Shown here: piece by piece, positions 46,901-57,319 of the stretch
Layout of the letters: every line of letters starts with the position of its first letter
Position numbering within the stretch: position 1 is the stretch's first letter
NCBI GenBank assembly: GCA_012799825.1
Contig: JAAZKK010000082.1
Coordinates: forward strand, 1-58,620
Reading direction: 5' to 3'
Length of the DNA: 58,620 nt
Source: Clostridiaceae bacterium
GTDB taxonomy: Bacteria; Bacillota; Clostridia; Saccharofermentanales; DTU023
The notes under the pieces: model-generated
Told to the model about the DNA's origin: nothing
Seen by the model: the letters and a program-made list of their open reading frames with translations, nothing else
Database searches by the model: none
Program-made: the position numbers and the translations under genes

Positions 46901-47347
46901 ATGTTAAAAGAATTTAAAGAATTTATTTCCAAAGGCAACGTGTTAGATTCAGCCGTCGGCTTCGTAATGGGTTTGGCGTTCAAAGCTATCGTAGACAGTG
47001 TTGTCAACGATATATTGATGCCTGTACTCGGATATTTTACAGCCGGCATCGATTTTGCGAACCTGAAAATTGTGTTGAAACCGGCTAGTGGTGAAATCGA
47101 GGAAGTTGCCATCACCTACGGCACGTTAATTCAGAGCATCATTTCCTTCTTGCTCGTCGCATTCTTTCTCTTTCTACTTGTGCGCACAGCAAATCGACTC
47201 CGAAGAAAACAAGAAGCTACTCTTGCCGCTGAAAAGGCTGCCGCAGACGAGGAAAAAGAAAAAGAAGAATCTGAGCTTGATTTGCTGAAAGATATCCGCT
47301 CGCTGCTTCAAGTAAAATCTGACACCGACATAAAGAACGAAGACTGA
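46901..47347 (+). CDS. mscL: large-conductance mechanosensitive channel
   Basis: MLKEFKEFISKGNVLDSAVGFVMGLAF...ILMP is the canonical MscL N-terminus. Two TM helices. Confidence 0.9.
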   Translation: MLKEFKEFISKGNVLDSAVGFVMGLAFKAIVDSVVNDILMPVLGYFTAGIDFANLKIVLKPASGEIEEVAITYGTLIQSIISFLLVAFFLFLLVRTANRLRRKQEATLAAEKAAADEEKEKEESELDLLKDIRSLLQVKSDTDIKNED

Positions 47348-47548
47348 CGACACGCCGATCGACTTCAGTCGACAGCGCCATTAACTGTTCTGTGCTAAGC
47401 CTCAGGCACCTATTCTGTGACTGATATTATCCTGCTTGACTTCATCTTCTTGTTTGTCGACAACGACCGGCAACATTGTTCGGCGATATATGTGCACCCG
47501 CTCCCCGACGGAAATGGTAAGCGCCATTCGGCAACCAGGCGTCGCCTG

Positions 47549-48556
47549 CTATTCGGTGCGCTTCGTTGATTCGCGCTCTATCAGACTGGGAAGTGTCGTA
47601 TAGGATTGCACCAGCAATTTCGGATTTTTAATCCGACGTATGATGATCTTTGCAGCCTGTTCACCCATGTCGTACATGTCGAGATTGACGACCGTGAGCG
47701 GCGGATCAATCACTTTTGAAAAGGGAAAGTCATCGAAGGTAAGCACCGCCATCTCATCCGGTATGGAAATATGGCTTTGCCGAAGAGCCTCCACACATCC
47801 GAACGCAAGATATTGATTGGCACAGATAATGGCCTCCGGCGGATTCTCGAGGGACAAAAGCTCCATGGTGCATTGAAAACCCGTGTCACTTTTTGGGTCG
47901 CCATGCCGTATGTAGTCCACGGGCAAAGATGGATCCAACGCCTCCAAAACACCTTCTAGACGATGGAGCGAAATCGTATCCTCGTCAGATCCCCCGATAA
48001 AGGCGATGCGTTCATACCCATTTTCTTTCAAATGACTTGCTGCGATCTGTCCGGCCACACTGTTATTCGTATCGATCCAGCACAAGCGGTTCGAGAAATC
48101 AGGCATGCCGATCACCACATACGGGAAAAACGTATCTGTCATAAGAGCCGCGACCTCTCTTGAAACAACCGAGGCATGTACGATGGCTCCATCCACATAT
48201 TTGCTGTCCATAATGTCGTCAAAACTGTTGACCAGCTCACGCGCATGGATACGCTTTATGAGCAGTCCATATTCCTCTTCCGCGAGTGCGGCTTCAGATC
48301 CGACCATCATCTCGAATAAATGTGGATTTTCAAAACCTACACCATGTTCCAGTTCGCTCAAAAAAAGGATATTCTTGGTCGCTCTCTTGGCAAAGCTTTG
48401 CGCCCGCTTGTTCGGTCGGTATCCCAGCTTGCGAATAACTTCTTGAACATGTTCAATCGTTTCCTGTGAAATCGTAGGATAGCGATTGATCACCTTAGAA
48501 ACAGTCGCCGTGGAAACACCTGCAGCCGCCGCGACATCTCGAATCGTCACACTCAT
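47549..48556 (-). CDS. LacI-family transcriptional regulator
   Basis: N-terminal HTH VTIRDVAAAAGVSTATVSKVIN and a periplasmic-binding-protein-like body. It overlaps the GH13 gene by 4 nt. Confidence 0.9.
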   Translation of the reverse strand: MSVTIRDVAAAAGVSTATVSKVINRYPTISQETIEHVQEVIRKLGYRPNKRAQSFAKRATKNILFLSELEHGVGFENPHLFEMMVGSEAALAEEEYGLLIKRIHARELVNSFDDIMDSKYVDGAIVHASVVSREVAALMTDTFFPYVVIGMPDFSNRLCWIDTNNSVAGQIAASHLKENGYERIAFIGGSDEDTISLHRLEGVLEALDPSLPVDYIRHGDPKSDTGFQCTMELLSLENPPEAIICANQYLAFGCVEALRQSHISIPDEMAVLTFDDFPFSKVIDPPLTVVNLDMYDMGEQAAKIIIRRIKNPKLLVQSYTTLPSLIERESTKRTE

Positions 48557-50295
48557 ATCTCTGTCACCTGTCTTACCACAGCAAATCCCATCGGATCGAT
48601 GGTTTTGCTGTTTAATCCCTCCTGCCGCAACAACTGTCCTTTAGCGAACTCTGCCGGTATTTCGGCTCTCTTAGTCCAGTTATTCAACACTACGGATATT
48701 TTACACTTCCCCAATGATCGCGCATAAGCATATAATCCGCTACCCGTCTTTGCGATCAACGTTTCAAAATTGCCGTGGCGCAGCTCCGGCCATGTGTTTC
48801 TCAGCAGGATCGCATCGCGATAAAATTGTTCCAGTTCGCCGCCCCCATGAGCCCAAGGCATCGGACGGCGGTACTCTTTTTCTAGTAGTCCTTCGATTCC
48901 TTTTTCATCTCCATAAAACACGGAGGGAATACCGATGAATGTCATCTGAAACAACACCGCCAACTTCATACGCGCCACATCGTGATGGCACAAGGAAAAA
49001 AAGCGACTCACATCGTGACTATCCAATAAGTTTAACTGTCCGTACAGTATGGGGAGTTTATATCGCATGCGCATGTTGGTGACACGCCCGTCGAACTGAG
49101 CGGCATCGATGACTCTTTCGGCAAAAAAGCGGCGGCAATGTTTGCGGAAATCATAATTCATCGTGGAATCGAACATGTCTCCGCTTAACCAATGCTCTGC
49201 ACTCTCCCACACTTCGCCAATCAATAGACAGTCAGGTTTTACGGCCTTTACAGCTTCTCGGAAGCGGCGCCAAAACGCATCGTTGATTTCGCTTGCCACA
49301 TCAAGTCGCCAGCCGTCGATACCAAATTCTTGAATCCAATGCTGACCTACGCGGCAGAAGTATTCAATGACCTCAGGATTTTCCGTATTTGTCTTAGGCA
49401 TCATCCTTTCGTACCCGAAACATTCGTAGTCAGGATATTCGTCCCCGCTTCTAGGGCGGCGTACGGGAAATGTAAGGTCGTAGAACCAGTCCTTATATCG
49501 AGAATTCTCACCGTTTTTTACGACGTCATCGAAAGCGAAAAAATTCCACCCTACATGATTGAACACACCATCTATAATGACACGGATCCCCATATCGTGA
49601 CATGTATCTACAAGACGGCGAAAATCATCGTCCGTTCCAAAACACGGGTCGATATGGAAATAATCGATCAGGTCGTACTTGTGATATTCTCCCGCGACAA
49701 AAATAGGGTTGAGATAAATGCAATTAAAACCCAAGTTCTTGATATAATCCAAGTTCTCAGTGATCCCGATGATCGTCCCGCCAAGCTTACCGTGTGTCGT
49801 CTGTCCATTCCACTCACATTGATTTGGATTCTCGCTGATTGAACGCCGCGCCGTCGCGAAACTGTCGGGAAAAATATTGTACATCACGGCATCTTTAGTC
49901 CATGCCGGAATATCGACAATGTCTGCCCTATGGTTAAACGGTAACTGAAAGTATTCTGAGCGGTCGTCTACACGATGACGCGCAAAAAAATCACCGTAAT
50001 ATAACAATTTATCGGAACCATCGTCCAATTCAAAATAGTAACAGACTCGTTTATAGGGACTTTTCAAGATCACTTCGTAGTAATCAAACCATTCATCTCG
50101 CGCAACAATCTGCATAGGCGTACAGGAGAAAATGACCGGCGTTTGACGGCAAGCCCGATCTGCATAATAGAGCGTGCAGCATTGCAAGTCGCCGCGGCCG
50201 GAGCGCAGCCGAAACAAAACTTCCTGTTCGCTGATTCCATGGGCATCGGCAGACATGGGTACATGTTTGATTGCGCTAAGATTCATTGACTCCAC
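48553..50295 (-). CDS. GH13 alpha-glucosidase/neopullulanase-cyclomaltodextrinase-type amylase
   Basis: GH13 regions DGVFNHVG, DGWRLDVASE, IGEVWE and LLDSHD. An N-terminal extra domain is present. Confidence 0.85.
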   Translation of the reverse strand: MESMNLSAIKHVPMSADAHGISEQEVLFRLRSGRGDLQCCTLYYADRACRQTPVIFSCTPMQIVARDEWFDYYEVILKSPYKRVCYYFELDDGSDKLLYYGDFFARHRVDDRSEYFQLPFNHRADIVDIPAWTKDAVMYNIFPDSFATARRSISENPNQCEWNGQTTHGKLGGTIIGITENLDYIKNLGFNCIYLNPIFVAGEYHKYDLIDYFHIDPCFGTDDDFRRLVDTCHDMGIRVIIDGVFNHVGWNFFAFDDVVKNGENSRYKDWFYDLTFPVRRPRSGDEYPDYECFGYERMMPKTNTENPEVIEYFCRVGQHWIQEFGIDGWRLDVASEINDAFWRRFREAVKAVKPDCLLIGEVWESAEHWLSGDMFDSTMNYDFRKHCRRFFAERVIDAAQFDGRVTNMRMRYKLPILYGQLNLLDSHDVSRFFSLCHHDVARMKLAVLFQMTFIGIPSVFYGDEKGIEGLLEKEYRRPMPWAHGGGELEQFYRDAILLRNTWPELRHGNFETLIAKTGSGLYAYARSLGKCKISVVLNNWTKRAEIPAEFAKGQLLRQEGLNSKTIDPMGFAVVRQVTEI

Positions 50296-50305
50296 CTCGT
50301 TTCAG

Positions 50306-51169
50306 TTAACCTTTTACACCGCCGGCTGTTAAACCGGATGTCATATGCCTTTGCACTGCAAAGAAAATAATAAGTATGGGCAAACTCACGACAAGCGACG
50401 CAGCAGCAAACACAGGCCAACTACCGCTCATTTCAGTTGCCTGCAGAGAATAAAGACCGGCAGCCAGCGTGTAGTTTTCCGCACCGGTCATAAACGTAAT
50501 CGCAAAAAGATATTCATTCCACACATAGATCAGAATCATGATCGCTGTGACGATGATACTGGGCTTTGCCAATGGAAGTACGATCTTAGTGACCAGCTGG
50601 AAATTGCTGGCGCCGTCAATCGCGGCAGCCTCTTCTACTTCAATAGGAATGGTATCGAAATATCCTTTCATGTTCCAAAGTCCGAAAACCGCCATAGTCC
50701 CTGTGTAAATCAGGATTAATCCGATCCTCGTGTTCACCAATCCCATGGGACTTATCAGCTTATAGATTGCGAACATGGAAAGCACAGAAGGAAAGGAGTA
50801 TAGCAACAACAGGATTTCAAGGATCGCTCTTCGTCCCGCAAACTGTTTACGGGAAAAGACATACGCCGCGGGGATCGCGGCTCCCAACGAAATCATCACT
50901 GTGCTGACGGCGAGAATCGCACTGTTCTTAAACCACAGCATAACCGCCTGTTTTGTAAAGACCTCTTTGTAATTTTCTAACGTAAAATGTTTGGGGATAA
51001 ATCGAAAGTCTGAACTCAACAGGCTGTTTTCAGCGTTCAAAGAGACCGACAGCGCGTACAGTATCGGTATGAGCGTCACAGCACATAATACAATGAAAAA
51101 CACATGGAGCGCACTGTGTCCGAAAAAACGACGAAGCCTCTTTTTCCTGCGCAATGACATCTTACTCAC
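50306..51169 (-). CDS. carbohydrate ABC transporter permease (MalG-like)
   Basis: 287-aa polytopic protein with an EAA-type loop (EEAAAIDGASNFQ). Confidence 0.85.
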   Translation of the reverse strand: MSKMSLRRKKRLRRFFGHSALHVFFIVLCAVTLIPILYALSVSLNAENSLLSSDFRFIPKHFTLENYKEVFTKQAVMLWFKNSAILAVSTVMISLGAAIPAAYVFSRKQFAGRRAILEILLLLYSFPSVLSMFAIYKLISPMGLVNTRIGLILIYTGTMAVFGLWNMKGYFDTIPIEVEEAAAIDGASNFQLVTKIVLPLAKPSIIVTAIMILIYVWNEYLFAITFMTGAENYTLAAGLYSLQATEMSGSWPVFAAASLVVSLPILIIFFAVQRHMTSGLTAGGVKG

Positions 51170-52055
51170 CCTCCCTAAGGCGCTTACGAGTCAACAGAGA
51201 AAAGGCGATCAACATAACAAAAATGATGATCGACACGGCTGAACTATAGCCGTAATTGTTCGTGACGAATGCGTTTTCATAAGCATACGTAAGAATCGTA
51301 TGCAAATTGGAACCCGTCTTTGCCCCCACCTGCTGCGTGAGCAGATAAATCACATCAAATTGTTTAAACGTAGTAAATACGGTAATGATGACGGAAGGCG
51401 CGATGATGGGCTTGATGGACGGAATCGTAAGGTATATTGTGCGCTGCACCCAATTTGCGCCATCAAGGATTGCATTTTCATAACAGCTTTTGTCGACGGA
51501 TTGTAAAGCCCCATCCACGATCATGATCATGAATGGGAGCGCGAGCCACAAGTTGACAACAGTGCAGCAGATAAAAGCCGATACATCCGTTGCCAGCCAG
51601 CGCTGTGCCTCTAAACCGAGCTTCTCCATCCATTGGTTCAAAAGGCCGAATTGGGAATTGAACATGCCCGTTTTCCAAAGCAGGATAGAAACGTAGCCGG
51701 GCATAGCCCAAGGAAACATCAGCAGCGTTTTATACACTCTGCGAAACTTAAAATTTTGAATATTCAAGAGACTTGCCAGTACGAAAGCGATCACGAGCTG
51801 CAACACCATGTTGACAATCGTCCAAAGAATTGTTGCGAGCAATGCACCAAGAAAGCCGGAATCGAACACAAAAAGCGCTCTCTTATAATTTTCTGTTCCG
51901 ATAAAGCTAAAATCAAACCAGTGGTAGACGTTCATATTGGTGAACGAAATATATCCCGTGTATAAAATGGGGAATACCACGATCAGAAGAATCAAAATGA
52001 GAGAGGGCGCACTGGTCAGATACGCCCATAATGTTTCTTTCCGGCGTTTCTTCAT
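51162..52055 (-). CDS. carbohydrate ABC transporter permease (MalF-like)
   Basis: 297-aa polytopic protein with an EAA-type loop (YENAILDGANWVQ). It overlaps the MalG-like gene by 8 nt. Confidence 0.85.
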   Translation of the reverse strand: MKKRRKETLWAYLTSAPSLILILLIVVFPILYTGYISFTNMNVYHWFDFSFIGTENYKRALFVFDSGFLGALLATILWTIVNMVLQLVIAFVLASLLNIQNFKFRRVYKTLLMFPWAMPGYVSILLWKTGMFNSQFGLLNQWMEKLGLEAQRWLATDVSAFICCTVVNLWLALPFMIMIVDGALQSVDKSCYENAILDGANWVQRTIYLTIPSIKPIIAPSVIITVFTTFKQFDVIYLLTQQVGAKTGSNLHTILTYAYENAFVTNNYGYSSAVSIIIFVMLIAFSLLTRKRLREGE

Positions 52056-52068
52056 CGCGTGTCGCTCC

Positions 52069-53280
52069 TTATTTCATGGACGCGATTAAATCAAGCGCTT
52101 TTTTCTGTGCAGCTTTGGCACTTTCTGTTACATCCTTGCCGCTCATATTGATGTCGACGAGTAAGTTTTCAGTCACCGTCCACATCACGTCCATCTCGGG
52201 AATATTCGGCATCGGTACGGCATTTTGAGCCGTTTCATACATCGACATGACCATAAGGTCTTTGGCGACGTCAGGGTCATCATAACAGCTTAATTTTGCC
52301 GGTGCGCATCCGCTTGCCTTCGCGATGGCAATTCCGACCTCATCGCCGGTCAATTGCTGTAGCACCTTGATAATTGCGTCATGTTTTTTCCCAGCAGCCA
52401 CCTTCAGCACGTGCAACCCTTGGACGCCGGAATAAGGCGCGATCGCCTTTCCGGTTTCATTGACAACAGGCATCGGAGCCAATCCCAAATCAATCCCGCT
52501 TTCTCTTATCGTTGGGACAAGCCACGGGCCGCCGATCGTAGAATGAGCCTTTGCTTCCCTAAACAGCGTGTTAACAGTAGCATACTCACCTTCACTTGGC
52601 ATATATTCAACAAATTTCTTGTGGTATTCAAGCGCCGCGATGGTCTCCTTGCTGTCCAGTCCGGGCTGACCTTCCTCGTTGATGATATAGCCGCCAAATG
52701 CATGAATCCAGCCAGCACTGTAATACGCCGTGCTGTGTTGTTCAACGAAGCCGTAGTGCCCGCCTACGGTAGTTTTACGCATATACTCATAAAGCTCTTC
52801 AGTCGTCTTCGGAACTTTATCGTCCTTCATATAACGGCGGTTATACATGTACAAAAGTGTTTCAAAATAAAGTGGCAGTTGATAGATTTCGCCTTTATAC
52901 GTTGCAGCCTCGATCGTCATCGGAAGGTAGGCTTCAAGTGCGGTGGCATCAATAAAATCTGAAATGGGGGCTAAAATGCCCATTTCCGCGTATACGCCAA
53001 GCTTATCGTGGGCAAAAAAATACATGTCCGGAGCCGCTTTAGGATCGTTGCCGACTAATTTCAGCGCCTCAGTCAGACCGTCTTTTCGCTCAAGCTTCAC
53101 GACGATGTCGGGCTCCAATCGCTCAAGCTCAGTTTGCAGGACAGCAGCAACTTCTTCTTCCTTATCATGCCAGATCGTAATCGTCACCGTGCCATCCGAT
53201 ATTTCCTCAGGTTGAGAGCAGCCTACAAAAAGCGTCGTAACAAGACATACAATCAACAAGATCGCAAGCCATCGCTTCAT
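52069..53280 (-). CDS. maltodextrin-type ABC substrate-binding lipoprotein
   Basis: Lipobox LFVGCS, family-1 SBP size, and a maltodextrin operon context. Confidence 0.8.
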   Translation of the reverse strand: MKRWLAILLIVCLVTTLFVGCSQPEEISDGTVTITIWHDKEEEVAAVLQTELERLEPDIVVKLERKDGLTEALKLVGNDPKAAPDMYFFAHDKLGVYAEMGILAPISDFIDATALEAYLPMTIEAATYKGEIYQLPLYFETLLYMYNRRYMKDDKVPKTTEELYEYMRKTTVGGHYGFVEQHSTAYYSAGWIHAFGGYIINEEGQPGLDSKETIAALEYHKKFVEYMPSEGEYATVNTLFREAKAHSTIGGPWLVPTIRESGIDLGLAPMPVVNETGKAIAPYSGVQGLHVLKVAAGKKHDAIIKVLQQLTGDEVGIAIAKASGCAPAKLSCYDDPDVAKDLMVMSMYETAQNAVPMPNIPEMDVMWTVTENLLVDINMSGKDVTESAKAAQKKALDLIASMK

Positions 53281-53334
53281 TTTTAACTCCTCCTTGTCGC
53301 ACTCGTTAACAGTTTACTGAACGAAAACAGTATA

Positions 53335-53373
53335 GAAAATTGGCGCAGGCAAGAGAATCGCCTTACCTGCGCC
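53335..53373 (-). terminator. rho-independent terminator after the starch-binding protein gene
   Basis: Arms GGCGCAGGCAAG (53342-53353) and CTTACCTGCGCC (53362-53373) with one mismatch. On the minus strand the hairpin is followed by AATTTTC. Confidence 0.6.
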
Positions 53374-53381
53374 GATTGCCG

Positions 53382-54563
53382 TTACGATTTCTTTTTCTTT
53401 GAGAAGTACACACCTGCGCCGGCGATCGCAGCTACGGCGGGAATGGCAATCAACAGAGGATTGATGCCTCCTTTTTCAGGTTCTTCTTTTGCAGGTTCGG
53501 ATGTTACCTCGGGAGCCGATGTCTCAGCGGGAGGTTCCGTCTCTGTAGGTTCCGGTTCTTTGGGGATTTCCGGTTTTTCGTAGTATACGGCTACATTTTC
53601 CGCATCTGTTACTACAACCCACAGGTCTTTCCCGGCGTCTACAGATAAATCCGCCGTTTGTACGCTTCCCTCGTTTCCGTTCACGATGACGCTGTTGACC
53701 CAGCCGGGCACTTCAAGCAACAGCCAGCCATCACCTGCGTCTTGCAGTGCCTCACCGGGCCATGAAGAAAAGACATTCGTGCCATCCGGTGCGGACCACG
53801 CCCACAGATGAGGCTCGTTCCAGTCAGCAGGAGATTTTACGTACACCGTAATATCGTCCACTACCGGAGCATCGGGATCATTGTAGGTAAACTCCGCAAC
53901 GCCCTCGGCGTCCACCGTTACCCACACTTCAGCCGGATCAATGGTGAGATCTTCCGTCTGTACTTCGCCGCCATTGGCATTGATAATGATGCTATTCACC
54001 CAAATAGGCACATTGACGGTATACCAGCCCGTGTCTTTTGCTTTCATAGTTTTACCAGGCCATGCCTCATACGCATTTGTTCCGTCCGGATGCAACCACG
54101 CCCAAATACAGACATCTTCCCAATTCTCGTCTACTTTGGCGTGTACCGGAAATTTCTCAACATATTCGGGGATCTCGCCCGTCGTTTTCGTCTCGTAGCT
54201 TATTTCTACCGTATCGGCATCAGTAATGATAAGCCATGCATTCTTAGCTTCCAACTTGAAATCTGCCGTCTGCACTTCGCCTTCATTCGCATTGATGATG
54301 ACATTGCCCGTTTCAGCCGGAATCCAGCAATAATACCAGCCGGGATTGTTTTCATCAGCTTCCATTTCTCCGCCAGGCCATGCTTTAAACGCATTTGTTC
54401 CGTCATCTGCCCAAGCCCATACACAGGGTTCTGTCCAATCTTCAGGCACCTTTGCGTAAACAATGATCCGCTCAACATCGTCCGCAAATACAGACATCGA
54501 GAGCGATAGCAAAAGCAGCACAGCAACAATGAACAGCACTAGAACTTTCTTCGCATCTTTCAT
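53382..54563 (-). CDS. surface protein with three tandem starch-binding (CBM25/26-like) modules and a C-terminal TM anchor
   Basis: Signal peptide, then three ~100-aa repeats each carrying W.W...DGTN.F..WPG..M...GW and G.VQT.DL. A PEPTETEPP linker follows, then the anchor LLIAIPAVAAIAGAGVYFSKKKKS. Confidence 0.65.
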   Translation of the reverse strand: MKDAKKVLVLFIVAVLLLLSLSMSVFADDVERIIVYAKVPEDWTEPCVWAWADDGTNAFKAWPGGEMEADENNPGWYYCWIPAETGNVIINANEGEVQTADFKLEAKNAWLIITDADTVEISYETKTTGEIPEYVEKFPVHAKVDENWEDVCIWAWLHPDGTNAYEAWPGKTMKAKDTGWYTVNVPIWVNSIIINANGGEVQTEDLTIDPAEVWVTVDAEGVAEFTYNDPDAPVVDDITVYVKSPADWNEPHLWAWSAPDGTNVFSSWPGEALQDAGDGWLLLEVPGWVNSVIVNGNEGSVQTADLSVDAGKDLWVVVTDAENVAVYYEKPEIPKEPEPTETEPPAETSAPEVTSEPAKEEPEKGGINPLLIAIPAVAAIAGAGVYFSKKKKS

Positions 54564-54659
54564 AAATAATCCTCCTTGCCAATTCTGAAGTATTCAGGGA
54601 CTGAATTCTTTTAGTGGATATAACATAACACGATCACATGATAATTTCAACGAAAATTT

Positions 54660-54675
54660 AGGAAACCGTTTTCCT
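54660..54675. promoter_or_regulatory. candidate LacI-family operator upstream of the maltodextrin locus
   Basis: AGGAAACCGTTTTCCT is palindromic at 14 of 16 positions around a central CG. It lies about 100 nt upstream of the first gene (start 54563). Confidence 0.3.
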
Positions 54676-54924
54676 TATCATCTGCACTGCAAAACGATGG
54701 ATGATAATTAGCAAGACATACAATATGTACAACAATTAGCAAAAATCTATCTGTTTCTATCATTGTTTTGTAATTTAAAATGCTAGAGCTGTGTTCACTT
54801 CTTGCTCTATTTTCCTAAAGTCAGATGCGATGCTACGCGTTTAGCCAATACTTGCATTTTTTGTATTCGCATTGAGGACATATTTGGATGTCTTCATATG
54901 AATATAAAGCTATAATCGGCACAG

Positions 54925-54962
54925 TTAAAAAAACGGAGCATTCCTCAGCGGTATGCTCCGTT
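54925..54962 (-). terminator. rho-independent terminator after the YhgE/Pip-like gene
   Basis: Perfect 10-bp arms AACGGAGCAT (54932-54941) and ATGCTCCGTT (54953-54962). On the minus strand the hairpin is followed by TTTTT. Confidence 0.75.
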
Positions 54963-54988
54963 CTCGATATTTAATTAATGATCCTACA

Positions 54989-57319
54989 TTACTTACTTTT
55001 GCCCGGCGGAACCTCTTCGGTCATGATCACGAATTGAACACTTGCCACATCTTTGTTCTTGTCTGACGCATATGAACGGATTTCATACCCGTCTCCTGAG
55101 AGTTCGTCGAGTTTCTCCTGAATGGCCGTCATAAATTTCTCGCGGAGATCTTTCGTTTCCTCCATCAATTTCTGAGCGCCCTCATCAAACTCAGTGATAC
55201 CCTCCTCATATGGAGTCATTCCTTTATCCTGATATTCGCCAAGACCGCTTTGAAAACGTTCGACACCGTTTACGTAAGCGGATACGCCGCTGCCCGTCTT
55301 AGATACGCCTTGGGAAAGTGTGCTCCCCGCGTTTTTAAGCGTACTGCCCTGATTGGCGAGCGTACTTAAGCCCTGTCTAATGCTTGCCGACCCCTGAATC
55401 AGACCGGGGTTGCCCGCACTGCCCTCAAAACCGGTGAGCAAACCGCCGATGCCTTCGGTCATATAGAGCGTAAGACCTTGATGGAATCCTACCTGTTTAT
55501 TGCCACATGCATCCGGTACCGGATTTCCTTGGGAATCGTAGACGCCGGCATACCCATTCCTTAATGCATGAATGCCATAGTAGAGTTGAGAGTATTGCTC
55601 CATCACGTCTTCCGTAGACGTTCCTGCCGAATCGGCAAGGGCTCGTATCCGATCACGGATCATGACGATTGCGTCATGAATCCCCGGATTATGTGAACCA
55701 TCAGCACCTGTCGTGCCGTAGTACGCATCGTCGAGTTGACGAAGGCCGTCGTACAACTGATGTGCACCGGAAACGAGCGCAGGGACACCCGAAGCCTGAT
55801 CCGTCAGTCCGGTCAGCGTCGATTGGAGCAACGTATAGGAGGCGACATAACCTGCGACAATCTGCGCCATCGTCGTGCGATATTGAGTGACTTTCTCAGG
55901 ATCGCCGGTGATCACGATGCCTTCATACAGAGCTAGGACATCTTCAAACGATGTAACTTGCGGCACCGGAATCTGATCGGCAGCTTGCTTAGCCATTGCA
56001 AGCGAACTATTGAGCGTTACAAGGCCCTGCCAAAGCTGATACATGCCGCCGTCCGATTTGCCGATGGCGTGAAGACCGTCGCGGAACTGCTCGGAACCTG
56101 CGACGAGCTGATCCAGCTGTGCAAGATCGGCTTCACTGAATGACGGCAACTGCGCCGTCATCTCGTCAGGATGCGGCAGTTTGGACGCCAACTCGTTCAA
56201 GCCGTCACGAATCGATGACGAAGCTGTCAGAAGTGTTTTTCCCTCGCTGTTTAACGTCTTCACGCCGGAATGCATCTCCGATAGGCCTTTGTCGAACTGG
56301 TTGTAACCTGTAGATGCCTTTTTGGCACCGTCCACATATTGAGAAACGCCGGACGTGTACTGATTCACGCCGCTCTTTAGCTGATTAACTCCGGCAGCAA
56401 GTTGTTGGCCGCCATGCACAAGCTCATAACTCCCCCCTCTTAGTTCGTCGAAAGCGCCCATAAGATCGCCGTATCCGGTGCGAAGGCGCTCACTGCCCTC
56501 GGCAAAAGCAGCAATACCTTCGGACAACTCATCGAGCGGAGCAAATTCATCTTCATACATGGAAAGGTCAAGGTTTAAAGACAGCGGAACACCGGCAAAC
56601 GTCATCTGTCCCATGTGGAAATCTTCCACATCGAGCTCAACTTTCATTATCGCCTCTTCTCCCGGCAATACAATTGATGTGAATTGTTGCGTAGAACCGG
56701 CGTACGCCAACATGAGATTGTCGGATGCCGAAACAACACGAGCACAACTGGGATCAATCGGGATGGTAACCTGCAATGCATAATGGTCAAAGTAGCCGCC
56801 TCCGACATCTTTATTCTCTCGAATGGCCAATTCAATTACCAAGCGACCATTTGCGCCGGAAAGATCTTTTGGCAAATACATATGGTCGTCGAGACGGTAA
56901 CTGATGATGATTGTCCACGGAAGCTCTCGCGTTCTCAAATTGCCTTGGTAGTAATAATGGCCTTTAGCGCAATCTGTAGTCACTTTACCATTTTCATATG
57001 TCAGCGGCTGGTCGCCTGTAAGCTGAACGACTTTCTCGTAATCGCCGTAATCGACGATGGTCTTCTGCTCGGCAGGCTGAAAATGATTGACGACATACAG
57101 TTGTTCGACTTGTCCTACGGCATCAAGTTTCCCGTAAATGACTTCACGTTTTGCCGTACCGTCCGTCGGAATCATGATCGGGCCATTGCCGCGCTCTGCT
57201 TGAACGAGAGGCGGAACATACGTCACCATGAACGCGACGATAAACAGCACGACCGTTACGCGCTTCAGGAATTGCAGCACGGATCGGCTTCGCCGTCCTA
57301 AACGATAGGATGATTTCAT
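54989..57319 (-). CDS. membrane-anchored YhgE/Pip-like protein with long Leu/Gly heptad-type repeats
   Basis: N-terminal TM VTVVLFIVAFMVTYVPPLV. Repeated segments such as QLAAGVNQLKSGVNQYTSGVSQYVDGAKK. Its ATG shares one base with the stop of the upstream MMPL gene. Confidence 0.6.
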   Translation of the reverse strand: MKSSYRLGRRSRSVLQFLKRVTVVLFIVAFMVTYVPPLVQAERGNGPIMIPTDGTAKREVIYGKLDAVGQVEQLYVVNHFQPAEQKTIVDYGDYEKVVQLTGDQPLTYENGKVTTDCAKGHYYYQGNLRTRELPWTIIISYRLDDHMYLPKDLSGANGRLVIELAIRENKDVGGGYFDHYALQVTIPIDPSCARVVSASDNLMLAYAGSTQQFTSIVLPGEEAIMKVELDVEDFHMGQMTFAGVPLSLNLDLSMYEDEFAPLDELSEGIAAFAEGSERLRTGYGDLMGAFDELRGGSYELVHGGQQLAAGVNQLKSGVNQYTSGVSQYVDGAKKASTGYNQFDKGLSEMHSGVKTLNSEGKTLLTASSSIRDGLNELASKLPHPDEMTAQLPSFSEADLAQLDQLVAGSEQFRDGLHAIGKSDGGMYQLWQGLVTLNSSLAMAKQAADQIPVPQVTSFEDVLALYEGIVITGDPEKVTQYRTTMAQIVAGYVASYTLLQSTLTGLTDQASGVPALVSGAHQLYDGLRQLDDAYYGTTGADGSHNPGIHDAIVMIRDRIRALADSAGTSTEDVMEQYSQLYYGIHALRNGYAGVYDSQGNPVPDACGNKQVGFHQGLTLYMTEGIGGLLTGFEGSAGNPGLIQGSASIRQGLSTLANQGSTLKNAGSTLSQGVSKTGSGVSAYVNGVERFQSGLGEYQDKGMTPYEEGITEFDEGAQKLMEETKDLREKFMTAIQEKLDELSGDGYEIRSYASDKNKDVASVQFVIMTEEVPPGKSK

